DNA of 64,000 nt. It comes from a bacterium (GTDB lineage Bacteria > UBA8248 > JACPRG01 > G963555815). Below, one piece after another: positions 30,913 to 39,472 of this stretch. A program made the translations under genes and the position numbers. A model generated the notes under the pieces. It was given only the letters and a program-made list of their open reading frames with translations, was not told the origin of the DNA and did not search any database. Within the stretch, counting starts at the first letter, position 1. Each line of letters starts with the position of its first letter. The stretch is from contig OZ244653.1 of NCBI GenBank assembly GCA_965218795.1, forward strand, positions 3,072,001-3,136,000, given 5' to 3'.

Positions 30913-31361
30913 GTCAGGGTCCTCTCGATGGCGTTCACGATCTTCGTGTAGCCCGTACAGCGGCAGAGGTTGCCCGCAATGCCTTCGCGGATCTCTTTGC
31001 GGGAGGGCGCCGGACTGTTCGCCAGGAGGGCCTTGGCCGCCAGAATGATGCCCGGTATGCACGCGCCGCACTGGACGGCCCCTTCCCGGACGAAGGATTC
31101 CTGAAGCGGATCCAGCCGGCCGTCGCGGGCCAGGCCCTCAATCGTCAAGACCTCGGCTCCTTCGAGCTGGCCCACAAAGACGAGGCAGGAGTCGACGACT
31201 TCGCCGTCGACGAGAACGCTGCACGCGCCGCACTCGCCCTCGGCGCAGCCTTCCTTGGCGCCTATCAGGCCTAAGTCTTCACGTAGATGGTCGAGGAGCG
31301 TCCTGTCGCCCGGTACGTCGGACTCCACGGGACGGCCATTGAGCGTGAATCGGTAACCCAA
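30909..31361 (-). CDS. Xanthine dehydrogenase-family (2Fe-2S)-binding subunit
   Basis: KEGCAEGECGACSV, QCGACIPG, GNLCRCTGY. Confidence 0.95.
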   Translation of the reverse strand: MGYRFTLNGRPVESDVPGDRTLLDHLREDLGLIGAKEGCAEGECGACSVLVDGEVVDSCLVFVGQLEGAEVLTIEGLARDGRLDPLQESFVREGAVQCGACIPGIILAAKALLANSPAPSRKEIREGIAGNLCRCTGYTKIVNAIERTLT

Positions 31362-31390
31362 ATCGCAACATCCTCCGTGATTTCGTCCGT

Positions 31391-32998
31391 TTAGAGGGGC
31401 TTACTCGAGACCACGGGCTTTCCGATGATCTTATACGATGGCCACCATCTCTTGAGCTTGAGGTCTTCGACGATCTTGTTGGCGCAGTTGTACCCGGGCC
31501 CGAAGTGGAGAGAACCGCCCGGGTGGCATCCCGACCCGCAAAGGTAGAGACCCTCGATGGGCGTGGAGTAGCTGTTGCACTCCGGGAAGGGGCGCCCGTC
31601 GTACCACTGGCCGTTGCCGTAGGAACCCTGACGGCAGCCGCCGCCCACCATGTTGATGATGCGGTTCTCGATATCCGAGGGGGTGTAGCAATACTTGCCG
31701 AGGTACACGTCTTCGGTGAGGTTGGGCGCGTATTCCCGCCAGCGGGCGGCGATGGTCTCGAAGTACTCCCACTTGATGTCGTCGTAGGTCTTGCCGTCCG
31801 CCAGCTTGTCCGCGGCGGGTCCCGCCTGCCAGAAGAGAAGGGGATTTTTGCCCGGCGCTCCGTATGAAGGATCGATGACCGTGTGACAGCAGCCGTCTCC
31901 GCCCGGCCGGTCCGGAAGTTTCCCCTGGTCGATCTGCTTCCAATGCGAATCCAGTTCGGCCATGGAGTTGATACCGAGAAAGATGCAGAGCGCCCGGTTC
32001 GCCTCTTCGCTGTATTTTTTCGAGTAGTCCGGCTCGACCGATACGGCCGCGTGGAAACCGAACAGGGCGTTGTGCTGCTCCACCTCCCACTCTTCACAGC
32101 GTTTGACGATGATGTCGGGCAGGTATTCAGCCCCGACCATCTTGAGGAACGTGGCCGGCGGATCGACTTCCGAGGCGATGAACCGGCTCGCCGTGAATTT
32201 CTGGCCGTTGGACAGCTCGACGCCAGTGGCCCGCCCGCCTTCCACCGTGATTCGCTCGACGTGGCACCCGTTCAGGATGACGCCGCCGTGTGCGTGGAAA
32301 TAGGCCGCCAGCGAGTGGGCCAGCTGGGACGTCCCCCCGCGGATGATGCTCAGCCGGGGAGAGGCGGAGTAACGCAGAAAAAAGTCCCCCACGCCCGGAT
32401 AGAAATCCGTGTTCCCCCGGACGCAGGCGTTGACGGCGATGAAGGTCTTCAGCTTGTCCGATTCGTACAGCTCGTCCATGAGCTCGCGTCCGCTCATGGC
32501 GCAGTGGCGCTGGTAATCGCGGCGGACACTGTCGGGCAGACCGCCTCCCCGCTCCTCGCTGGGCTTGGGAGGCGCATAGAACTCCTCCTCCACCTTGACG
32601 AGGTAGCGGTAGAAAATTTCCTCCAGCGTGTCGGCATCCGCCTTGCCGATGACGTCCTTGAACTGTTTGTACGTTCGGTGGGGGTCGTCGGTATAGGTGG
32701 TCAGCGTGGTTCCGTCATCGAACAGATAACACCGCTCGACCTCGCCATACATCAGCTTCAGGCCGTATTTGTCGAGCTCGAAATCCTGGTGGGGAGGGCC
32801 GTACGACCAGGTGAAGTTGGCGTGCAGGTTGTGATAGACGCCGGGGACCGTGACCTCTTCGGTGATGGTCGCGCCGCCGTAGTGCAGGCGTCTCTCGAGC
32901 ACCAGCACCTTGAGCCCTTGTTTCGCCATGTACCCCGCGAGCGTCAACCCGTTGTAACCGCTTCCGATGATAATTCCGTCGAATTCACCGTCGGGCAT
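31391..32998 (-). CDS. FAD-dependent oxidoreductase, phytoene desaturase-like family
   Basis: IIIGSGYNGL...VLERR...GG Rossmann start; C-terminal TPIEGLYLCGSGCHPGG...GYNCA; RBS aagggagg. Confidence 0.88.
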   Translation of the reverse strand: MPDGEFDGIIIGSGYNGLTLAGYMAKQGLKVLVLERRLHYGGATITEEVTVPGVYHNLHANFTWSYGPPHQDFELDKYGLKLMYGEVERCYLFDDGTTLTTYTDDPHRTYKQFKDVIGKADADTLEEIFYRYLVKVEEEFYAPPKPSEERGGGLPDSVRRDYQRHCAMSGRELMDELYESDKLKTFIAVNACVRGNTDFYPGVGDFFLRYSASPRLSIIRGGTSQLAHSLAAYFHAHGGVILNGCHVERITVEGGRATGVELSNGQKFTASRFIASEVDPPATFLKMVGAEYLPDIIVKRCEEWEVEQHNALFGFHAAVSVEPDYSKKYSEEANRALCIFLGINSMAELDSHWKQIDQGKLPDRPGGDGCCHTVIDPSYGAPGKNPLLFWQAGPAADKLADGKTYDDIKWEYFETIAARWREYAPNLTEDVYLGKYCYTPSDIENRIINMVGGGCRQGSYGNGQWYDGRPFPECNSYSTPIEGLYLCGSGCHPGGSLHFGPGYNCANKIVEDLKLKRWWPSYKIIGKPVVSSKPL

Positions 32999-33141
32999 GG
33001 GTCTCCTCCCTTTTGAGTCCTGTTCTGAGTAGCGGTATGGCCTCATCCGGCAATACTTGATTTTCAGGAAGGTGGGGTATGCGCGAGCCCCCCCTCTGGA
33101 CAATGACCGGTTTCAGGAAATGGATCCGAAACGGATTTTCG

Positions 33142-34392
33142 TTATACCTCTGAACCGAATACGTTCAAATCCGCGGCTCCCGGCGTCGTAGAGACGATCC
33201 GGCCGGCTCGGATCACAAGAAGTCTCGCGGGCCGATCCATGATGACCGTGTCCGGCTGGGTGGAATCCAGAACGAGGAGGTCCGCCCGTGAACCCGCCTG
33301 GACGCCATAGGGCTCGCCTAACCCGACCGCCTTGGCGGGCCGGGCCGTAACCATGTCGAGGAGCTTGGAGACCTCGTTGGGGCTCCATTGGGCGGCCAGG
33401 GCTGTGAGTATGGCCGCCTCCAGGGTGTCCGCCCGCCCGTAGGGTCCGAAGGGATCCTGTACGTTGTCCGAGGCGCAATAGACGTTGACGCCGGCCTCTT
33501 CGAGTTCCTTCACGCGCGTGATGCCCCTCCGAATGGGCTGGGTGTCCTGACGGCCCTGGAGGTACAGATTGCAAAAGGGCATGGTGATCACGGAGACGCC
33601 CGCCCTGGATACTTTTTCGATGATCCGGCCGGCCGTGGCGTCGTCCATGGCGGCCAGCGAGCAGCAATGGCCCGCAACGACGCGTCCCTGGTACCCTTCC
33701 GCCAGGGTCTTTTCGGCCAGGATTTCCAGGGTCTGATCGTCGGGATTGTCGGACTCGTCAATGTGCATGTCAATGGGGAGATCCCGCGCCATTGCCATCT
33801 CGAAGGCGACGTCGATATGTTCATTCGGTTCTTGTGAGAGAGTCGGAGATCCCCCCACCACATCGGCGCCCATGTCGATGGCGGCCTCGAACCGTTCCCG
33901 GTCGGCTCCTTTTCCCAGAGGGCCGGAAATTCCGCTGGCAAAGGCGGTGACCTGGAGGTTCACCTTGTCCCGGTACGCCTCCCGGAGTCTCACCAGGGCC
34001 TCCATCCCCCGAAGCTCGTTGGAGGGGTCTACATCGACGTGCGTCCGGACAGTTGTCGCGCCATGGGAAATGAACATTTGCAGGCACCGTTCGGCGCGCC
34101 CGTAAATTTCCTCGGCGGTCGTCGACTGCTTGAATTCGCCCATCGCCTGAATGGCTCCCAGAAGGGTGCCTTCAGGGTTCTCGCAGAGGTCGAGCGACAG
34201 GGCCTTGTCCAGATGGGTATGCCCGTCCACCAGACCGGGGATCACAACCCGTCCGGCGAGATCGATGGCTCCACTCTCCGGCGCCTCCAACTTCTCGCCC
34301 ACGGCTTTGATGCGTCCGTCTTCCAACAAAATGTCGCGGGGAGATTCCCATTCGGGGGATACCGCGTTCCGCAGCAGCCTGGAAGTGGTCAT
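33142..34392 (-). CDS. Cytosine deaminase (CodA)-like amidohydrolase
   Basis: PGLVDGHTHLDK, RTHVDVD, DMHIDE, AGHCCSL, RRGITRVKEL, SDNVQDPFGPYG. Confidence 0.88.
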   Translation of the reverse strand: MTTSRLLRNAVSPEWESPRDILLEDGRIKAVGEKLEAPESGAIDLAGRVVIPGLVDGHTHLDKALSLDLCENPEGTLLGAIQAMGEFKQSTTAEEIYGRAERCLQMFISHGATTVRTHVDVDPSNELRGMEALVRLREAYRDKVNLQVTAFASGISGPLGKGADRERFEAAIDMGADVVGGSPTLSQEPNEHIDVAFEMAMARDLPIDMHIDESDNPDDQTLEILAEKTLAEGYQGRVVAGHCCSLAAMDDATAGRIIEKVSRAGVSVITMPFCNLYLQGRQDTQPIRRGITRVKELEEAGVNVYCASDNVQDPFGPYGRADTLEAAILTALAAQWSPNEVSKLLDMVTARPAKAVGLGEPYGVQAGSRADLLVLDSTQPDTVIMDRPARLLVIRAGRIVSTTPGAADLNVFGSEV

Positions 34393-34454
34393 GGCGTTAC
34401 CTTCTTGCCTCACGAGGATTGACAGGGTCGTGACCCGCTCCAATCGACATTGTT

Positions 34455-36737
34455 TCAATGAACGACGGTCCGTCCTTCATGCAATGCATCCAGGATAACG
34501 GACGGCGTGACCGGGGTCGAAAGAAATCGGATGCCCAGGGCGTGGTGCAGGGCATTGGAAAACGCGGGCGGGAACGGGTTCATCGGCAGCTCGGCGATCC
34601 CCTTCGCCCCGACCGGCGAGGTTTCTTCAGGGGATTCGATCCAGGCGGTTTCGATTTCGGGAATGTCCATCGAGGTCGGAATCAGGTAATCCGCGAGCGA
34701 GGCGTTCTGGTGAATGCCGTCCTTGAGGACCAAATCCTCCATGTACGCACAGCCCAGCCCCATGATCACTCCGCCCTCGGATTGGCCTTCGACCCCCACG
34801 GGATTGATCACGCGACCCGGATCCAACAGAGAGAGGACCTTCTGGACTTCGAACTCACCCGTTGTCACGTCCACGTCCACCTGGACGAGGTGCACGGCGA
34901 AGGCGAATAAATAGGGGGGCAGCCAATCGTCGTCACCATGGAACTGAGCCGCCTGAAAGAACCCTTCGGCCTGGAGGGGACCTTCCCTCGCCAGGTCGGC
35001 CCATGAGATTTCGACGTCGGCCGGTGGACGGCCGCGGACAAAGCCGTCCTCCAGGTACAGGTTATCCCGGGGGACGTCCGCCCGGTCCGAGGCGCGGGAG
35101 AGGATTTCATCCTTCAGCGCGGAAGCGGCCTGATGAACGGCGCTGGCCCCCATGTACACCGTCCGCGACGCGTTGGTGGGGCCCCCGTCCGGGGAATCCG
35201 TGTCGCCTTCGACCATCCGGAAGCGCTCAACCTCGCAGTTCAGAATTTCGGCCGCCACCTGCGCGATGGCCGTCAGATTGCCCGTGCCGATTTCCGTAAT
35301 CCCGGATTCAATGACGATCTCGTCGTCCTGGACTCGAACCTCGGCGGCGGTTTCATCCTTGATCCGGGAGCCCATGCACCAGTTTTTCATGGAGAGCGCC
35401 GCACCGACGCCGGTCCTGCAGTCTTTCCGGCGCTCAGGCGGGAGGTCCGGCTGCTCGGCGCGGATCCGTTCCCGCTCTGCGTAGAGCGGATGGGTTCGGG
35501 CCGATTCCAGGAGCTCGGCGACCGGCGCCGAGATTTCCAGGGTCTTGTTCCCAATCATCGTCTTCCCTTTGCCCACGCAATTTCGGAGGCGAAATTCGAT
35601 CGGGTCCAATCCCGCCCGTTCGGCCAGCATGTCCATGAAGATCTCGATGGCGAACGCGGGCTGCGCGGAGCCGAAGCTTCGGAAGGCTCCCCCGAACGAG
35701 CCGTGGGAGAAGATGGTCGAGGCTTCGAGCTTGGCGGCGGGAAGGGAATACGCCCCGCAGGAATGCGTGAGGGCGACATTCGTGATGACGTGGCCGTAGG
35801 ACAGATAAGGCCCGGTGTCGTTCTCGACGCTGACCGAAAGACCCGTGAGGGTCCCGTCCTCCCGGACCCCGCCCTTGTAACGGAATCGCATGCTGTGCCG
35901 CTTGGTCCCCGAGACGATGGATTCCTCCCGATCCAGAACCACGCGGGCCGGCCGGCCCGTCAGCCGGGTCACCAGGGCCGGATAGATCTGGACGGTGATC
36001 TCCTCCTTCCCTCCGAAGGCGCCCCCATGAATCGGGTTAATGACGCGGACCTCACCCTCCGTCATCCCCAGGGCCTCGGCGATCTGGGTGCGGTCAAACT
36101 GGGGAAATTGACCGGTGGCGACGACGGTCAACCTTCCCTCATTGTCCAGATAGGAAAAGGAGGACTCGGTCTCCAGGTAAATGTGGGACTGGGCCTGGGT
36201 TTGGAAGCGCTCTTCGACGGTCCAGTCGGCTTCGCTGAACCCCGCCTCCAGGTCGCCCCAGGCCACCTGAATATCCTTGAAGACGTTCGAGTCGCCGTGA
36301 ATCGCCTCGGCCCCATCGGACAAGGCGTCTTCAATGGAGAGGAGGGGTGGAAGGTCTTCGTACTGTACGCTGATCTTCGCAAGGGCCCGGTCCGCCGATT
36401 CCGGAGTTTCGGCCGCGACCAGCGCCACGGCGTCTCCCTCATACCTCACGACGTCTTCACAAAGAACCGGCCGGTCGGCCACGACCGCCCCGCAGAGATT
36501 GCGCCCGACGACGTCCCGCGCCGTCAATACGGCTGCAACGCCCGGTTGCCGGGCGGCCTCACTCGTATCCACGCCCAGGATCCGCGCATGAGGGCGTCCA
36601 GCCCGAAGGATACGCACCCAGAGCATCCCTTCCTCCGTCAGGTCGGAGGGGTACAGGAGGGCGCCCGTCGCCTTTGCGGGAGCGTCCACGCGCGGGACGG
36701 GTTTTCCCAGGTGACGCCATTCCGTGAGGCTTCCCAA
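34455..36737 (-). CDS. Second xanthine dehydrogenase-family molybdopterin-binding subunit
   Basis: RVDAPAKATG, GGAFGGKE, AFRSFG, TNASRT, DPGRVINP, GAKGIAE. Confidence 0.92.
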   Translation of the reverse strand: MGSLTEWRHLGKPVPRVDAPAKATGALLYPSDLTEEGMLWVRILRAGRPHARILGVDTSEAARQPGVAAVLTARDVVGRNLCGAVVADRPVLCEDVVRYEGDAVALVAAETPESADRALAKISVQYEDLPPLLSIEDALSDGAEAIHGDSNVFKDIQVAWGDLEAGFSEADWTVEERFQTQAQSHIYLETESSFSYLDNEGRLTVVATGQFPQFDRTQIAEALGMTEGEVRVINPIHGGAFGGKEEITVQIYPALVTRLTGRPARVVLDREESIVSGTKRHSMRFRYKGGVREDGTLTGLSVSVENDTGPYLSYGHVITNVALTHSCGAYSLPAAKLEASTIFSHGSFGGAFRSFGSAQPAFAIEIFMDMLAERAGLDPIEFRLRNCVGKGKTMIGNKTLEISAPVAELLESARTHPLYAERERIRAEQPDLPPERRKDCRTGVGAALSMKNWCMGSRIKDETAAEVRVQDDEIVIESGITEIGTGNLTAIAQVAAEILNCEVERFRMVEGDTDSPDGGPTNASRTVYMGASAVHQAASALKDEILSRASDRADVPRDNLYLEDGFVRGRPPADVEISWADLAREGPLQAEGFFQAAQFHGDDDWLPPYLFAFAVHLVQVDVDVTTGEFEVQKVLSLLDPGRVINPVGVEGQSEGGVIMGLGCAYMEDLVLKDGIHQNASLADYLIPTSMDIPEIETAWIESPEETSPVGAKGIAELPMNPFPPAFSNALHHALGIRFLSTPVTPSVILDALHEGRTVVH

Positions 36738-36896
36738 TGGTGTTTCCCCTTCAAGGTTTTCGGGAATTTCAACGGATTATACCTTACCATAGGGAAGGCG
36801 CCCCGCCGGGCGGGATCCGGATTCAGAAGGCTCAAAAGGTTCCGGCGCCTGGACTCGATTTTATTTCCTCGAAATGGGTCATAGAGGGAGCGACCG

Positions 36897-37355
36897 ATGA
36901 AATCAGAAGATATCGATGCGAACCCCGAAATGGAAGATCCAAAAAGCGCACATACGGGGCGGCGGTTTTTTTGAAGGAGCTCATGGGGCTGGCCGGTCTG
37001 TCGGCGGCCGGAACCCTGTGGATCCCCATGGAAGCCGCCGCGGGGAAAGGGCTGCCCGAAATCAGGCAGCCTTTGAAATCCGGTCCGGACCATTTCATGG
37101 CCCGCGCCGCCGAGATGAGGCGCAAGGCAGTGGAGAGCGGCGATCTGGCCTACGGCGCGATCATCGTTAAGGATGGACGGATTGTCGGTGAGGGACCTGG
37201 CCGGGTGATCGTCAACCACGACCCCACTGACCACGGTGAGATGGAGGCAATCCGGGATGCGGGTCGCAGGTTGGGGACAAACGGTCTCAGTGGGTGCGAG
37301 ATTTACACGACGGCCAGCCCCTGTCAGATGTGCGAGACTGTCTGCTATTGGCCAA
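36897..37355 (+). pseudogene. Nucleoside/nucleobase deaminase (CDA fold) with a Tat-like signal, frameshifted and 3'-truncated
   Basis: YGAIIVKDG, DPTDHGEMEAIR and TASPCQMC zinc motifs; removing one T from the T7 run near 36966 gives TGRRFLKELMGLAGLSAAG; similarity ends after CYW. Confidence 0.7.
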
Positions 37356-37368
37356 TCCGTCGCTGTTT

Positions 37369-37400
37369 CCCTCTCCCAGTGGGAGAGGGTTGGGTGAGGG
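37369..37400. repeat. REP-like palindrome
   Basis: ccctctccc-agt-gggagaggg-ttgggtgaggg. Confidence 0.55.
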
Positions 37401-37501
37401 CATCCGGATGGAAGTGGCGGCTGCGGGGAGATGGCGCGGCTCGTCCTGTCTTCCGGATCGCTCCATGGCGATTTCGAAAGGGATAGAAGGAGGGTGAATC
37501 A

Positions 37502-37942
37502 ATGGATCTCTTGTACACGACAAGCTATTCGTGGCCGTTGTTCCTGATTCGCGTATTCCTGGGTATCGTGGTGTTCGCCCACGGAGCGCAAAAGCTTTTC
37601 GGGTGGTTCGGAGGGCATGGTCTGAGGGGAACCAACGAGTACATGAAGAACGCGCTTGGGATTTCCCCGTTCTTCGCCACGCTGGCGGCATTGGTGGAAA
37701 CTTTCGGCGGTCTTGCCCTGATCCTCGGCGTGTTTTCCCGTCTGGCGGCGCTTGGCGTGATCATCGTGCAGGCGGTGGCAATTGCCAAGGTTCACAAGGG
37801 GAACGGGTTCTTCATCAACTGGGCCATGGCCGAGGGCAAGCGTCACGGCTGGGAGATGAGCTTTGTATTGATCGGCATGGCCCTCACCATCCTGTTCTCG
37901 GGCGGCGGCTTGATGTCAATCGATCTGGCAGTTTTTTACTAG
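37502..37942 (+). CDS. DoxX family membrane protein
   Basis: RVFLGIVVFAHGAQKLFGWFGG...ETFGGLALILG...VH...GWE...GGGLMSID. Confidence 0.9.
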   Translation: MDLLYTTSYSWPLFLIRVFLGIVVFAHGAQKLFGWFGGHGLRGTNEYMKNALGISPFFATLAALVETFGGLALILGVFSRLAALGVIIVQAVAIAKVHKGNGFFINWAMAEGKRHGWEMSFVLIGMALTILFSGGGLMSIDLAVFY

Positions 37943-38755
37943 GGCCTGTTAGCACTAATGGGTGGGGTTATGTTATCCTTTGCGGATGGAGATCACCCAA
38001 GCTCAGTACGAACGCATTGCGCCCTCCCTGCCGGTGCAGCGCGGCAACGTCAGCGTGTCGAACCTGCAAGTGCTCAACGCCATCCTGTACGTCGCCGAGC
38101 ATGGCTGCAAGTGGCGGGGGCTGCCGACCCGGTTCGGTAACTGGCACACCATCTACACGCGGATGAACCGCTGGTCCAGGAACGGGGTGCTCGACCGGGT
38201 CTTCGAGCAGTTGCAGCGGGAACGGATCGTGCGCATCAAGCTCGAGGCGGTGTCGCTGGACAGCGCCATCGTCAAGGTCCATCCCGACGGTACGGGTGCG
38301 CTAAAAAAACGGCCCCCAGTCCATCGGCCAGTCCCGGGGCGGCTGGACCACCAGGATTCATCTGGTTGCCGCGGATGCTCGAACGGCCCTGACGTTCTCG
38401 CTGTCGCCCGGACAGGCGCATGACGTGCCGGAAGGGCGCAAGCTGCTGAACCGCCTGGGTCGGCGGTCGGGCAACCCGTCCCTGGTGATGGATCGCGCAT
38501 ACGAGGGCAGCGAGACACAAAGGCTGGCCTTGGCGCTGGGGTTTACACCGGTGGTTCCGCCTCTGAAGGCCCGGCACGATCCCTGGGCGTACGACCGGGA
38601 GACGTACAAGAGGCGCAACGAGATCGAGCGTCTGTTCCGGCGATTGAAGGGCTTTCGGCGGATCTTCACCCGCTTCGAGAAGCTCGACGCCCTGTACCTC
38701 GGGTTCATCCTGTTCGCGCTCATCGTCGATGCACTGCGCTAGGGTTAACAGGCCC
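37942..38755 (+). mobile_element. IS5-family (IS427-like) element, apparently complete, two-ORF transposase
   Basis: IRs gggcctgtta/taacaggccc flanked by TA; orfA from ATG 37986; A7C slippery site at 38303-38310; orfB with MDRAYE...YKRRNEIERLFRRLKGFRRIFTRFEK. Confidence 0.92.
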
Positions 38756-38829
38756 TAAGACATTCGAGTGCAGGCATCCGGGGGAGCTCGTTTCCCCTTT
38801 GCAAGACATCATTTGTTCGGTTACAGCCA

Positions 38830-39170
38830 TAAGCACGTTCTATTCAGCCGTGAAACTCCGCTATTCTATTGATATTATTGTTAATATCCATTATTCAAAA
38901 TCTCATTTGGAACCTGCCTTTTACAGTCCGTAATCAAAATGAAAGCGGATTCGTTAAAACCCCTGCGCATTTTGGCGAGTCCCTGTCGTAAGCATTCAGT
39001 CGTGGGGTGACAGCGCCGAGACCGGCGACAGCTGCAGGATATTCGGGCGTATCCAGTTCATAGCTAGAATTCTCCATCTTGTCGATCACATCATTGAGCC
39101 CACCGTCACGCTTGCCAAAGTCCGAACCGCAACAGCTTGCTTACGGTTAGCTTCAGTGCCCAGCAACACC
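38830..39170. repeat. Non-coding multi-palindrome element, copy A (copy B at 45743-45978)
   Basis: Identical 30-nt block at 38925-38954 and 45839-45868; 34/35-nt block at 39115-39149 and 45922-45956; flanking similarity including tattgatattattg. Confidence 0.9.
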
Positions 39171-39472
39171 CATTCAGGAACCACCGATCCACGCCCTCGG
39201 CGCAATCGACCACAGCAACGATGACCTCAGATCGGGTGCTCGCCAGCACAGTCCATGTCCAAGACGCGGATTATCGCAGCCTACAGCCCCCTTTGGTCTG
39301 GATACTCCGCTTCTCTCGGTTCGATCTGTCACGTTCCGTCCATCGTCACTGTATTCTGGCCTAGCCATCGCTTCTCATCGTGAGCTGAATCAACATCTGA
39401 GCCATGAGAACACCTCCTCTGCACAGCCAGAAAGTGTTCACTAAGAATGGGAAAACTCCGCTGAGACGCCCC

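Noticed and set aside
31391-32998. Carotenoid biosynthesis (crtI)
   Set aside because: No crtB or crtE nearby; the gene sits in a Mo-hydroxylase/deaminase operon, so a catabolic flavoprotein is more plausible.
757-36884. Long antisense ORFs (e.g. 757-2199 -, 4164-5759 +, 13322-14941 -, 23321-25132 -, 35133-36884 +)
   Set aside because: They shadow well-supported genes on the opposite strand, as expected from high-GC codon bias, and carry no recognisable motifs.
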